Origin: a virus
IMG/VR virus record: IMGVR_UViG_3300039106_000653
Span: 5,388-69,387 of that record
DNA: 64,000 nucleotides
Strand: one strand, 5' to 3'
Shown: positions 1 to 10,592 of the stretch, piece by piece
Numbering within the stretch: the stretch's first letter is position 1
Layout of the letters: every line of letters begins with the position of its first letter
Program-made: the position numbers and the translations under genes
Notes under the pieces: generated by a model
The model's input: only the letters and a program-made list of their open reading frames with translations
What the model was told of the DNA's origin: nothing
Databases searched by the model: none

Positions 1-2
1 TA

Positions 3-140
3 CACAAAGATCAAGAATCAATCACTCGACTAGAGCACCTAGAGCGTTGCTACATCAAAGCTTGGACAGAAATGGATGAATCTATATTCAGACTAGAGTT
101 AGCACTAGGTATGCTACGCCGATGGCGAACAACACTTTAA
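3..140 (+). CDS. C-terminal fragment of an antirepressor-associated protein (runs off the window); paralog of 11466..11831 and 59708..60034
   Basis: Frame 3 reads HKDQESITRLEHLERCYIKAWTEMDESIFRLELALGMLRRWRTTL*, which aligns with the C-termini of the other two copies. Confidence 0.75.
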   Translation, partial: HKDQESITRLEHLERCYIKAWTEMDESIFRLELALGMLRRWRTTL

Positions 141-149
141 CCCAAAACG

Positions 150-175
150 AGCCAGCCTAAGAACTGGCTTTTTTT
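150..175 (+). terminator. Rho-independent terminator
   Basis: AGCCAG-cctaagaa-CTGGCT stem followed by a T run, just after the stop at 140. Confidence 0.75.
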
Positions 176-197
176 ATGTCCAAAATAAAGGTACTTA

Positions 198-434
198 ATG
201 AAAGGCTCATTTCTAGGCAATGTAACCGTTATTGATGATAGACCATGGCGAGATAAGGTAATTGCGCTAAATGAGTCTATACGCCTTAACAGTAGTGGTA
301 ATAGATGCAAGCAATGTGGTGGCCCACTAGCCAAATACAGTAGCTTAAACACCAAACAATGCTATGACTGCGGCAAACAGTACGACTGGAAACTAAAGCC
401 AAAACAGCAACCATTAGTCAAGTATCAGAGATAG
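198..434 (+). CDS. Small zinc-ribbon protein
   Basis: CKQCGG...CYDCGK motifs; SD-like AGGT upstream. Confidence 0.6.
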   Translation: MKGSFLGNVTVIDDRPWRDKVIALNESIRLNSSGNRCKQCGGPLAKYSSLNTKQCYDCGKQYDWKLKPKQQPLVKYQR

Positions 435-436
435 TC

Positions 437-673
437 ATGTATAGCACATTAAAAGCATTCATTAAACATCACATTATTGACGATGAACCAGAGGATTTAA
501 TGGAAAGAGAAGAAATAATCGCAAAGATAGCAAGATTAAGAGATACCGCGCACAAGGTGGCTGAATCAGCATTGCGTGCAGAAACTAATGCCGAGCATAA
601 CGCAGAAATGGCTAGATCAAATAAGTTGTTAGATGAGGCTGCTGCGCTTGAAAAGATTTTGAGGGATTTATGA
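437..673 (+). CDS. Hypothetical phage protein (coiled coil)
   Basis: ORF in a tightly coupled + strand run. Confidence 0.5.
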   Translation: MYSTLKAFIKHHIIDDEPEDLMEREEIIAKIARLRDTAHKVAESALRAETNAEHNAEMARSNKLLDEAAALEKILRDL

Positions 674-1200
674 CAAGAGCAGAAATACGCGACAAAATCT
701 GGCGATTGCGAGAACAGGCACGCAAACTGATTAATAACGCAAAAAACCAAAATGAATATAAAAATAAAGCTTATATGGCAGGTGCAAAAAAACTGAATGA
801 TAAAGCTGACGTAATTGAGCAGTGCTTGGATGATTGCATGAGTTTAGACGCATCTAAACGCATTGAAAAACTTCAATTTTTATTAGGCATTCGCGAAGTC
901 AGGATTTCTGAATTAGAAAGAGAAATTGGATTATTAAAGTTAACATTATCTCAATCTGTTGCCGGAAGAAAAAACGCAGAGGATGCGTATGTCAACCTTG
1001 AATCCATGTATCTAAATACTGCTCAAGAGCGCGATTTACTACAACCCAAGATTGATAGCGGTGTAAGAGTATTGGTTATCCCTGAGCCTACGTTGGTAAG
1101 AAATCCATTAGTCAAAAACAGCTATATTGTGTATTGCGGCGACGATAAGGAATGGGGAAATAAACACAACGCCACACTGATTTTTGACAATGATAACTAG
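670..1200 (+). CDS. Hypothetical coiled-coil phage protein
   Basis: ATGA overlap with the previous gene; heptad-like sequence. Confidence 0.55.
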   Translation: MTRAEIRDKIWRLREQARKLINNAKNQNEYKNKAYMAGAKKLNDKADVIEQCLDDCMSLDASKRIEKLQFLLGIREVRISELEREIGLLKLTLSQSVAGRKNAEDAYVNLESMYLNTAQERDLLQPKIDSGVRVLVIPEPTLVRNPLVKNSYIVYCGDDKEWGNKHNATLIFDNDN

Positions 1201-1390
1201 AGCTGAGTTATTAAGCGCACACGATCCATTGGTATTACAAATATTAATAGATCGTATCGAAAAAGGGTGTGCATGGGATTATTACTCACCTGATTTTATA
1301 AAATCGGGGTGTGGTAATTTTATTTACAAAAAACGATCTGCTTTGCGATTTAGATATTGTCCGCATTGTGGATGTGAAATTAAATTGTAG
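1184..1390 (+). CDS. Small Cys-motif protein
   Basis: SGCG...YCPHCG motif common in phage small proteins. Confidence 0.55.
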   Translation: MTMITRAELLSAHDPLVLQILIDRIEKGCAWDYYSPDFIKSGCGNFIYKKRSALRFRYCPHCGCEIKL

Positions 1391-1398
1391 GGGTATTT

Positions 1399-1593
1399 AT
1401 GAATGAAAAAAATCAGTCGTGTGCATTCCCAGTTCGGAATAAATTGCAATTTGGATTAACTAAGCGTGAATATTTTGCTGCGATAGCGTTGCAAGGATTA
1501 TTAGCTAATCAAGGAAAAACTCTTGGGCTAGAACACGCTGCCGCTGTAGCAGTTAATTACGCTGACGCACTAATAGAAGAGTTAATTAAATGA
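1399..1593 (+). CDS. Conserved small phage protein
   Basis: GLTKREYFAAIALQGLLAN...ADALIEEL, a widespread phage family motif. Confidence 0.7.
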   Translation: MNEKNQSCAFPVRNKLQFGLTKREYFAAIALQGLLANQGKTLGLEHAAAVAVNYADALIEELIK

Positions 1594-1862
1594 AAATTGA
1601 ATTAACAATAGAACTTTTAGTAGATAACTATCAAAAAACTATAAAGATACCTGTAGAGTCTGTTGAGTTTGCTAAGCATTGGGATTTATTGTTTTTAGCT
1701 GAGCCACAGCATGTAAATTATTTTACAACTATACGATTTAATGAAAATAATGATAATCATCAAAGGTATCTTGAAAGAGGATTACTATTTAAATCAGAAG
1801 CAGATGTGTTGCTTTTTTCAAAAAGTTTTTTAATAAGTAATAGACAGGAATTAAATAAATGA
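1590..1862 (+). CDS. Hypothetical protein
   Basis: Coupled to both neighbours by ATGA overlaps. Confidence 0.5.
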   Translation: MKIELTIELLVDNYQKTIKIPVESVEFAKHWDLLFLAEPQHVNYFTTIRFNENNDNHQRYLERGLLFKSEADVLLFSKSFLISNRQELNK

Positions 1863-2386
1863 AAATTGAACTAAAAATATTACCCCACCTACAACATAAT
1901 CCACACTTTGACTTGAATCAAGACACACGAAACTACCGTTATTATGGCCCAAGTTATGCCAAGCCAGGGGATGCAGGTATGGATATTCGAGCATGTATTG
2001 ATGCACCGATTGAGTTATTACCTGGCGACACCGTACTTATACCGACTGGATTAGCGTTTTATGGTGGTTCCATTTGGAATAGCACTGAATTATATAACGA
2101 CGATGATACAGTGGTTGCATTAACACTTGTTCCGCGCTCAGGACTAGGGCATAAGCATGGAATCATTCTAGGAAATACAATAGGTGTCATTGACGAAGGC
2201 TATCAGAACGAAACCTTTATAAGTGCCTACAATCGCTCAAAAGTAGCTTACACAATACAACCAGCAGAGCGTATCTGTCAGATAATGGTTATGCCTGTAG
2301 TTAAAGCCGAATGGCAAATTGTCGATGAATTTAGCGGCACTACTGAGCGAGGTTTAGGCGGCTTTGGTAGCACAGGGGTTTTATGA
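1859..2386 (+). CDS. dut: Trimeric dUTPase
   Basis: Motifs AGMDI, PRSGLG, GVIDEGY, ERICQ, RGLGGFGSTG. Confidence 0.97.
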   Translation: MKIELKILPHLQHNPHFDLNQDTRNYRYYGPSYAKPGDAGMDIRACIDAPIELLPGDTVLIPTGLAFYGGSIWNSTELYNDDDTVVALTLVPRSGLGHKHGIILGNTIGVIDEGYQNETFISAYNRSKVAYTIQPAERICQIMVMPVVKAEWQIVDEFSGTTERGLGGFGSTGVL

Positions 2387-3018
2387 CAACACTATCACCT
2401 CAATCGGCAAAAGAACGGTTAATAGCGTTAGTTCATAGTAGCAGCATTCAGTCCATTGACTGCCCAAAAAGACGATACAGTCGGCAAGACATTATGCAGG
2501 CTATTGATAGAGCAATACAGGCATTAGACGAAGAAATATTATCTGAGGATGATCTTAAGTGAATAAGCTACTAATAGTCATTGGTGTTGTTGGTGGCTTT
2601 TATTTTGGTCTAATTACAACCAGTGATGCGATTATTAAAGATTGCATAGATAACCATAATTTCAGTATCAAGCGGCAATCGTTTGAGTGTAGAGAAAAGC
2701 CTATTAATGCGAACATTAATCAATAACCCGAATGAACTTCAAGACGCAATAATTCGAGCAAGAGTCAATCCACCTTCCCCAGTATTCAGTGAACATCCTA
2801 GATTCATGTGTGTGCGCTGCAAGACACGGCAATTAGCCAAAGGTGGAACTTGGGTTACTAGAACCAGACGGCAATTTATTTGCGCAGGATGTAAATGACT
2901 TGGATAGCAAAGAACGCACCTCCCGATAATATCAAAGCAATAAGACCCCCAGAATCAATCCGATACATGCAGCGATTGCGTGAGATAGACAAACTTCCAC
3001 CAGTTACGATCACAGTTA

Positions 3019-3399
3019 GTGAAGAATCTTCAAACCGTGAACGCAAATTTTATTCAAGAGAATACCGATGATAATAACATTATTAACAACATTTATAGAG
3101 ACGGAGGTTTTATGAGTTTTGATGAATGGTGGAAAGAATATTCGCGTGATTTTGGTAGCAGTACATATACAAGAGCAACTGGAAATTATGCAAAACTTGG
3201 CTGGAATGCTGCGCTAAAAAACCAGTGGCAGCCTATAGAGAATTGCCCGATTGATACACCAGTTTTGTGCGTTGAAAATGGAAAAACATTTAGATCAGTT
3301 TTTGTTTTTGACGGAAAGCATTGGTACGACAGTGATGGCTATATTGTTGATGATTTTAAACCAACGCATTTCATGCTAATCCCGGAGACACCAAAATGA
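3019..3399 (+). CDS. DUF551-like protein (probable start at ATG 3112)
   Basis: WQPIENCP...PTHFMLIPETP pattern; GGAGG SD before 3112. Confidence 0.65.
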   Translation: MKNLQTVNANFIQENTDDNNIINNIYRDGGFMSFDEWWKEYSRDFGSSTYTRATGNYAKLGWNAALKNQWQPIENCPIDTPVLCVENGKTFRSVFVFDGKHWYDSDGYIVDDFKPTHFMLIPETPK

Positions 3400-3761
3400 T
3401 AACAACAATACCAGTGGCACTTATAGCCACTATTGTTTCAATAGTAGATGGCGACACAATTAAGGTTAATTTACCGTGTGACCAGCCTATATTTTGCAAA
3501 GCGATACCCGTTAGAGTTGGACACTTAGACACACCAGAAATACATGGGCAGTGTCCAGAGGAAAAGGATTTAGCACTGAAAGCACGCGCTATAACCGCTA
3601 GTTATTTTGCGGTGGGTAGCAAGGTTGAGCTAGTTAACCCAAGGCGCGATCAGTATTTCAGAATTGATGCAGACTTCCCGGAATTAGAGCAAAAGCTTAT
3701 CAGTATGGTATTAGCTAAACCGTATGAGGGCGGCAAGAAAAAGGAGTGGTGCAATGAGTGA
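3396..3761 (+). CDS. Thermonuclease (SNase-like) family protein
   Basis: VDGDTI, VRVGHLDTPE, DQYFR motifs. Confidence 0.85.
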   Translation: MITTIPVALIATIVSIVDGDTIKVNLPCDQPIFCKAIPVRVGHLDTPEIHGQCPEEKDLALKARAITASYFAVGSKVELVNPRRDQYFRIDADFPELEQKLISMVLAKPYEGGKKKEWCNE

Positions 3762-3893
3762 TAAAGAAGCGTTTATTTAATTTGTGTCAATAGTTATATT
3801 TTTACTTGGATTCCTTATTGCAAATATGACTATTAAAGCGTGGACAGAAAACAGTTGCATGATTGGAGAGCATAAGACAGAGCAGGTGTCTAA

Positions 3894-5672
3894 GTGAGGG
3901 CAATCATCATGACAAGACGCAAAAGAACATTTTGGGCAAAAACAAATAATGGTTACGCATTAGATGGGCATATGTCAGGGCATCATAAATTCTTGCTTTT
4001 GCGTGGTCTTTGTATGCCTGTGTTTGCTCCACCGACAAATCATTTCAAGCTGATGAGATTCTTCAAAACATGGTACTGGAATGAGAAAAAAATGCGCCTT
4101 CGCTTGAGAATTTTACTTAATGAGGTTAAGCAATTATGCGTGAATTTAAAGGCTTCATAAAAACGGATAAGGTAGGTTCGCTTTGCGAATTTAAATTTGA
4201 GGTTGAGAATGATGCTTCAGATACTGATATAGAAGAAATTGCCAAAGAATGCGCCTTTGAATTGATCGAGTGGAACTATGAAGAGGTGTCAAAATGAATG
4301 ATTTAATTGATATTGTACTTAGCTCTTATTTTGCTTTAGGGATGTTTATGTATGGATATAAAAGCGGCAAGAATCCAACTGATTATGATGTATGGGGTGA
4401 AATGACTCATGCGGTAGTAACGGTATGGTTCTGGCCTTACATTATCTGGAAAGGACTAAAAAATGAAACCTAAATTTGAATACCAAGGTAAAACATTCAT
4501 CCAGATAACACCACAAGGAAGTGATTGTACTGGGTGTTATTTCTGGCATAACGCATGTACCTTTGAAGGAAAGAAAGTATGCACATCACAAACGATATTA
4601 GTCGAAGAACCGATAACCGACCCATATAAGGCTTATCTGGTAAAGAAAATATCAAACTACAAATGGTCATCGGTTAACTTGGTATTTCTTGAACTGGTAG
4701 CTAAGTTGTTAGGTGTTGAGCCTTACCAGAAGCAGTATTAGCAATGAAGATCAGAGATAAATCTATTAAGCAGTATGTCGATGTTTCTCGCAAAGACTGT
4801 CAGACATTTGAATGCTATTTACCTACCTCATTTCGAGGTGACTATTTTTGTGGCGGCCGTGAAAAAAGAGGCTGTCCAAGTAACCCTATAACTAAAGGTA
4901 AATAAGATTAATTATGGAATGCCCTAAGTGCAATGCATCCACCGAAATGCGGGTACAAGTTACCTTAATTTTTCCTTCAGAATTTGAATCGCAATTAACG
5001 AAAAAACTTATTTCATCAAGACAAGTCAAGATATATGCCGTTGATTGGGATGCAGCAAGCTACCTTTGCAAGAGTTGTGGATGGGGAGAATCAGGAGTCA
5101 TCAGGTACACAAAAATACTTGAAAGAAGGGTTGCTGAATTAGAACTATTGTTAGATAAAAACAAGATAAATTATGAACAAATCAATATTAATTTATAGGT
5201 ATCAGAATGAGTGGTGGACATTTTAATTATGCATTTACTTATGTAAGTAATTTTGCCAGTGAACTTCAAACTGAATTAGATGAAGCTGGAAAAAGAAACA
5301 TGGATGGAAATATTAATCCAGATATACATCCAGAAGTAAAAGATTTGCTTCAAGAAATAGTTAATGAAGCAAATTATTATTCAAACCTTATGCACGAAAC
5401 GGAGCTATATTTTTCTGATGATATTGGTGATGATTTATTCTTAGATAGGGTTTATGAACTAAAAGCAAAGCATAAACCTTACTCTGATGAATAATCATGA
5501 ACTCCCATTCGATTACTCAAGATGCCAGCCTAATACCAATGGATGCCAAGATAAAGACACTTGCGCTAGATATACTTCACAATGGCGCGAAGGTTATCAG
5601 ATTTGCACTGACTTTACCTTGAATAGTCCTGGCAAGTGTGAACACTTTATACCTAATAAGGCAATATTATGA
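3894..5672 (+). other. Cluster of small hypothetical early genes (3894..4160, 4463..4741, 4914..5198, 5207..5494, 5487..5672 and shorter ORFs), several Cys-rich
   Basis: Dense same-strand ORFs with SD sites and start/stop overlaps; CPKC..CKSC in 4914..5198. Confidence 0.5.
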
Positions 5673-6085
5673 ATGCAAAAGACTTAAAAAATACGCCTGG
5701 GCCTTGGGAAATTGTTTATCGTGATGACAATCCTTTTCAGAAAATGGCTCTTATCTATAAAAAAGACGCTATAGAAAATGTTATTAATAATTTTGATCTG
5801 AATGAAAATAAAAGTAATACAAAAGTAATTGCTGTAATCTGGCATCAAAGAAATTCAATTGAGAATAAAGATGCAATTAGTGGCGATGAATCCGATGCAA
5901 ACGATAGATTAATTGCAGCAGCACCAGAATGGCAGCACTGGAATGATTATTTTGCAGATGCACTTGAATTAATACCCGGTATAAATGTTGACAGAGAAAT
6001 CATGACAGCGAAAAGATTACCTGTTACCCAAAGAAAAAAAGCGATTAAAAAAATCCTTGATGATAGAAAAGAAGGGCAACCATGA
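5669..6085 (+). CDS. Conserved phage hypothetical protein
   Basis: TPGPW...[11 protein letters not shown] motif typical of phage early proteins. Confidence 0.65.
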   Translation: MNAKDLKNTPGPWEIVYRDDNPFQKMALIYKKDAIENVINNFDLNENKSNTKVIAVIWHQRNSIENKDAISGDESDANDRLIAAAPEWQHWNDYFADALELIPGINVDREIMTAKRLPVTQRKKAIKKILDDRKEGQP

Positions 6086-6918
6086 AGCAATACTTAAACT
6101 TACTACAAACCATACTAGATACTGGTAATGACAAGGACGATAGGACTGGTACTGGTACGTTATCAATATTTGGTCATCAAATGCGCTTTAATTTAGCTGA
6201 TGGCTTTCCATTGGTGACTACGAAGAAAATTCACATAAAGTCGGTTATTCACGAATTACTATGGATGCTCTCTGGTGATACAAATATCAAATACCTTAAT
6301 GATAACGGCGTTACTATTTGGGATGAATGGGCCGATAAGAATGGTTATCTTGGGCCTATTTATGGGGAGCAATGGCGTAGTTTTAGCGAGCCAATAGGAG
6401 GTTATTCAGGAATAGATCAGATAGAAGATGTAGTCAGGAATATTAAAAAACGACCAAATTCTCGCAGACATATTGTTTCAGCATGGAATCCATTAGCACT
6501 ACCACTTGAGTTTGTTTCATCTAAAGCAAATATTGAATTAGGCAGAATGTCTTTAGCTCCATGTCATTGCTTGTTTCAATTCTATGTTTACAATAACAAG
6601 CTATCATGCCAATTATATCAGCGTAGTGCAGATGTATTTCTTGGCGTACCATTTAATATTGCCAGCTACGCATTACTCACAATGATGATTGCGCAACAAT
6701 GCGATCTACGTTTAGGTGAATTGATTTGGACTGGTGGTGATGTGCATTTATACAAAAATCACATTGAGCAAGCCAAGTTGCAGTTAACGCGAGAACCTAC
6801 ACTGTTACCGACTATGCTTATCCTTAAAGCAGATTCAATCTTTGATTATCAGTACGATGATTTTAAGCTAATTAAATATGACCCTTGGCCTGCAATTAAA
6901 GCGGAAGTATCTGTATGA
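6082..6918 (+). CDS. thyA: Thymidylate synthase
   Basis: DRTGTGT, IWDEW, LAPCH (catalytic Cys), [20 protein letters not shown]. Confidence 0.98.
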   Translation: MKQYLNLLQTILDTGNDKDDRTGTGTLSIFGHQMRFNLADGFPLVTTKKIHIKSVIHELLWMLSGDTNIKYLNDNGVTIWDEWADKNGYLGPIYGEQWRSFSEPIGGYSGIDQIEDVVRNIKKRPNSRRHIVSAWNPLALPLEFVSSKANIELGRMSLAPCHCLFQFYVYNNKLSCQLYQRSADVFLGVPFNIASYALLTMMIAQQCDLRLGELIWTGGDVHLYKNHIEQAKLQLTREPTLLPTMLILKADSIFDYQYDDFKLIKYDPWPAIKAEVSV

Positions 6919-7208
6919 CACCAGAAGCTAAAGAAGCATTAGAAAAGTGTATTGAAAAGTATGACAGAGCTAGTAAGGGAAAGAGTATTTCATTAGGGCC
7001 AAGTAGTTGCGCTTTATGCAAGATATTTCATAGTTTTTATGGATGTGACGGGTGTCCAGTTAAAGAAAGAACTGGCTTAGATTATTGTGAAAACACGCCT
7101 TATCTTAATATTGCATGGACAATGGCAAAGCATCATCATTCAAGTGGATTTTACAAAGATGCAGCAAGACAAGAGCGAGACTTCTTAATTAGCTTACGAG
7201 AAGATTAA
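6915..7208 (+). CDS. Cys-rich hypothetical protein
   Basis: CALC...CDGCPV...C pattern; coupled to thyA. Confidence 0.55.
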   Translation: MTPEAKEALEKCIEKYDRASKGKSISLGPSSCALCKIFHSFYGCDGCPVKERTGLDYCENTPYLNIAWTMAKHHHSSGFYKDAARQERDFLISLRED

Positions 7209-7450
7209 TGGTAAATACATTCTTTGCATTAATGGCAGAGTTTAATCAAGCTCATGTGCCTGTAACCGAGGTTGCTAAAAAGTATTACGATCATGATGAA
7301 ATAACGGCAAAAAGATATGCAGCTAAAGGTAAATATCCATTCCCTGTGTTCAGACTGGAAGGACAAGGGTCAAAATGGATGGTTGCAATTAATGATCTTG
7401 CGGATTACACCGACAAAGCGAGAGATAGGGCTGCTAAAGATTTACTGTAA
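7208..7450 (+). CDS. PrtN-like (pyocin activator family) wHTH protein, probable excisionase
   Basis: NTFFALMAEF...PFPVFR...SKWMVAINDLADY pattern; directly beside attP and the integrase. Confidence 0.8.
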   Translation: MVNTFFALMAEFNQAHVPVTEVAKKYYDHDEITAKRYAAKGKYPFPVFRLEGQGSKWMVAINDLADYTDKARDRAAKDLL

Positions 7451-7710
7451 AATGCACGATAAATGCACTATGAACTATGGAAGCACATTTAGTTTGCATC
7501 TATGTTATTGTTTAGCATTAGTGAATAAATGAGGTAATTTTAACTGTCAATCCAATCGAGCATTGGCGCTATGGAGAAAGTAGACAAGGGCTTCAGTCTG
7601 TCACCTCTAAATTCACTGTAAAGTTTCTGCATATTTTGTAATATTTCTGTATTTTTTTGCACGGTCAATGCACAATAAGTGCACTATCAATTTTCATAGT
7701 GCATTATTTC
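7451..7710. mobile_element. attP of a dusA-targeting prophage
   Basis: Lies between xis and int. Arm-type TGCAC repeats at 7453, 7464, 7658, 7669 and 7680 (11-bp spacing) plus an inverted copy at 7696-7703; the core encodes FSIAPMLDW on the minus strand. Confidence 0.85.
7540..7632 (-). pseudogene. dusA: Replacement 5' end of dusA carried in attP
   Basis: Reads MQKLYSEFRGDRLKPLSTFSIAPMLDWIDS*, matching the DusA N-terminal motif FSVAPMLDWTD; an in-frame GTG at 7662 is an alternative start. Confidence 0.85.
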
Positions 7711-8733
7711 ATGGCCTCGACAAAAACTATAAAAAACAAGGACGGCACAACCAGCTACCGCATATTCGTAAATTTTACACAAGACGGGAAGCTTAAGCGA
7801 GAAAGCCGAACATTTAGTAAAAAGCAACTTGCTATCGACTGGGCTGCTAAGCGTAAAAAAGAACTTGAGTATGCCAGCGTTCATGGTGATTCGAATAGTT
7901 GTCTTATTAAGGATGTGATTCAAGCGTACATAGATCAATTTGGTTCCGGGTATGGTCGATCTAAGAATTATGACCTACTGAGATTGCTTAATTACCCTAT
8001 CGCTGAATTGCGTGTAGATAAGTTAGCGCCTAAAGACATTGTGGCTCACTGTATAGAACGTAATAAAGAAGCAAAGCCCCAGACAGTAGCGAATGATGTT
8101 ATTTGGCTACGAAGCGTTATCAAAACAATGTCGGCATTGCAAGGCTTTCAATTCAACAGCGCAGTATTTGATACAGCATCCGAATTGTTACGCAAAGAAA
8201 AGCTTATCGGTAAATCTGCTAACAGGAAGCGATTGCCGACTAGACTGGAAATGATAAAACTAACACGGCATTTTAAGCGCAGTCGTAGTCAGATACCGAT
8301 GGTTGATATTATGTGGTTTGCTTATTTCTCAGCAAGACGCTTGTCTGAGATTACACGCCTGGAATGGACTGATAATAACAATGAGCGATTAACAGGTATG
8401 GTACGTGATGCCAAACATCCAAGACTTAAAGAAGGTAATCACAAGCGTTTTAAGTACGATAAGTCTGCATGGAAAATAGTGATGCGCCAAAAGCAGACAT
8501 CAGTATATATATTTCCTTATAACAGTAAGACCATAGGCACGCTATTTGAAAGAGCATGTAAGTTACTATGCATTAATGACCTGCACTTCCATGATCTTAG
8601 ACACGCCGCAGCTACTCGCTTATTTAGCAAAGGTTACAGTATAGAGCAAGTCCAGCAATTCACCTTGCATGACGACTGGAAAACACTAGCTAGATACACA
8701 CAAATACAACCAGAGGATATTAAGAGTTTATGA
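7657..8733 (+). CDS. int: Tyrosine integrase, dusA-associated type (probable start ATG 7711)
   Basis: Catalytic SARRLSEI (R), HDLRH, LHDDW, RYT; adjacent dusA core. Confidence 0.93.
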   Translation: MHGQCTISALSIFIVHYFMASTKTIKNKDGTTSYRIFVNFTQDGKLKRESRTFSKKQLAIDWAAKRKKELEYASVHGDSNSCLIKDVIQAYIDQFGSGYGRSKNYDLLRLLNYPIAELRVDKLAPKDIVAHCIERNKEAKPQTVANDVIWLRSVIKTMSALQGFQFNSAVFDTASELLRKEKLIGKSANRKRLPTRLEMIKLTRHFKRSRSQIPMVDIMWFAYFSARRLSEITRLEWTDNNNERLTGMVRDAKHPRLKEGNHKRFKYDKSAWKIVMRQKQTSVYIFPYNSKTIGTLFERACKLLCINDLHFHDLRHAAATRLFSKGYSIEQVQQFTLHDDWKTLARYTQIQPEDIKSL

Positions 8734-9023
8734 AACGATATTACACATTAAGATGGAAAGAAAATAAATATACTGAAGCTGAAATTAATGGTGTATTTGA
8801 TTCAAGAAATGACGCTATCTCAAGAGCAAAACAAATTGGTTATATTGAGCCAAAATGGTGGCAATTATGGAAACCAAAGATAGAAGTATTTTCTTGCGAA
8901 CCATCATTAGATGAAAACTATGACGAAGGACACAGCGTAAAAGAGTATTCAGATACTTGGTCTATGGGTAAAGATGGTAAGCACTATTGGAGTGATGCTA
9001 CTGATAAGTTTATGCGTAAGTAA
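8730..9023 (+). CDS. Hypothetical protein
   Basis: ATGA-coupled to int. Confidence 0.5.
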   Translation: MKRYYTLRWKENKYTEAEINGVFDSRNDAISRAKQIGYIEPKWWQLWKPKIEVFSCEPSLDENYDEGHSVKEYSDTWSMGKDGKHYWSDATDKFMRK

Positions 9024-9035
9024 ATTGGAGATATT

Positions 9036-9518
9036 ATGAATACTGAAGGTGTTATTAATTTAATTAAAGCTCATGGTGAAATTTTAGGGTATGGCTTTGA
9101 ATATTTGAAATTAGGCAGAAAGCTATGTGAGTCTAACCCTGTTGAAAGCATTTGGTTAGGCGAAACCGATTTCAACCTTAATAAAAAACATCCAGACACT
9201 TATCCACGGCCTGATATTAATAAAGAAGAACCAGATGAAGATCATATTGATATGTTTCTTTGTTATAGCAATGATAAGTTGATCTATATGCTCAAATTGT
9301 ATAAACCTGGATTACTAGATACTCACCCTGCACGCGAACACTGTGCTTTTAAAATTGAGCTAAAGCAAATACCTGTAGAACTAGAAGAAATTATTTATAA
9401 TAAATTGGCATCTATAGCTAGAAAAGAAATTGAGCGACAAAAGAATGCAGAGTACAACAGGCGTGTTCAAGCTGAAATTAGAAACATAATGGTTAATATT
9501 GGCTTACATGTGAAATAA
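9036..9518 (+). CDS. Hypothetical protein
   Basis: GGAG SD; 160-aa ORF. Confidence 0.5.
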   Translation: MNTEGVINLIKAHGEILGYGFEYLKLGRKLCESNPVESIWLGETDFNLNKKHPDTYPRPDINKEEPDEDHIDMFLCYSNDKLIYMLKLYKPGLLDTHPAREHCAFKIELKQIPVELEEIIYNKLASIARKEIERQKNAEYNRRVQAEIRNIMVNIGLHVK

Positions 9519-9522
9519 ATTA

Positions 9523-9780
9523 ATGAAGAAAAACATTCAAACACTTAACGAATACCTATTCCAATCCATAGAAAGACTCAGTAACGAATCACTATCAAAC
9601 GACCAACTAGCAGTAGAAATAGCGCGATCAAAGCAAATAGCAGACACAGCCAGGACACTAATTGAAAGCGGCAAACTAAGTCTAGCCGCAGCACAAGCAA
9701 TACATAACGATGAACTTAGCTCATTACCACTACTCCTAGAAAATAAAGATAGATCAACTATTCCTTATGGGCAGCAATAA
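9523..9780 (+). CDS. Conserved phage protein usually found upstream of an HNH gene
   Basis: LNEYLFQSIERL...EIARSKQIA pattern. Confidence 0.7.
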   Translation: MKKNIQTLNEYLFQSIERLSNESLSNDQLAVEIARSKQIADTARTLIESGKLSLAAAQAIHNDELSSLPLLLENKDRSTIPYGQQ

Positions 9781-10228
9781 CGGCAGATTCAAAAAGGGGA
9801 TGACACCTTGGAATAAAGGGCTTAGCTACACTCCAAAGAATGCAGAAATTGGTAAATTCAAAAAAGGTATTATTCCTGCAATCACGCATGAAGTAGGATA
9901 TGAGTCATTAGATAGCAAAGGTCGTCACATCATCAAGATAGCGCACCCTAGAACATGGCGTCTAAAGCATCACATCCTTTACGAGTGGTACACGGGTGAG
10001 ACATTAACCAAGACCGATCTAGTCATCTTTGTTGATCTAAATCAGAGTAACTTCGCACCTAGTAATCTCAGTAAAGTAAATAGAAGTGAACTAGCTATGC
10101 TATGCAAAATGAAATACAACGAATACCCAGTAGAACTAAGGCATACACTAATTGCGTATGTTAGATTAAAATTACTAATAGCCAGTCTTGAAAATGCCAA
10201 AACATGTGAAAAAGTTAACAGAATTTAG
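9767..10228 (+). CDS. HNH endonuclease-like protein
   Basis: FKKG..PWNKG N-terminal motifs; KHHILYE...VIFVDLNQSNFAPSNL...RSEL (degenerate HNH). Confidence 0.75.
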   Translation: MGSNNGRFKKGMTPWNKGLSYTPKNAEIGKFKKGIIPAITHEVGYESLDSKGRHIIKIAHPRTWRLKHHILYEWYTGETLTKTDLVIFVDLNQSNFAPSNLSKVNRSELAMLCKMKYNEYPVELRHTLIAYVRLKLLIASLENAKTCEKVNRI

Positions 10229-10301
10229 CGTTTCAATTAGATACAATCCACCCTAGCATTGTTGCTTACAGTGCTATTTTTAACTCAACAAGGTAAACAC
10301 T

Positions 10302-10592
10302 ATGAAAAAACTAGCACTTGCAGTAATGATGATGGCGGTATCTTCTAACATACTTGCAGCAGACTTTAGAATCAGACTAACTAGAGACTCAGGTAATCTT
10401 TATAAAGCCGATAACCTTGGCGATGGATATAGCAATGTGTGGTATATAGCAACAAGCTTATGCTTAGAGTTTGCAATTTATGATGACTCTATTGTGTCTT
10501 ATGTGCCATACAGCTTTAACAATAAAATAACTTTTCACAACGGCAAGACATGCAAGATTGATTATATACAAAATGTTATTAATTATAGGTAG
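10302..10592 (+). CDS. Small secreted protein (moron-like)
   Basis: Sec signal peptide MKKLALAVMMMAVSSNILA; two Cys; own SD. Confidence 0.7.
   Translation: MKKLALAVMMMAVSSNILAADFRIRLTRDSGNLYKADNLGDGYSNVWYIATSLCLEFAIYDDSIVSYVPYSFNNKITFHNGKTCKIDYIQNVINYR

Noticed and set aside
7317-7532. 71-aa ORF overlapping xis and attP
   Set aside because: Overlaps the excisionase out of frame and runs through arm repeats; no coding signal
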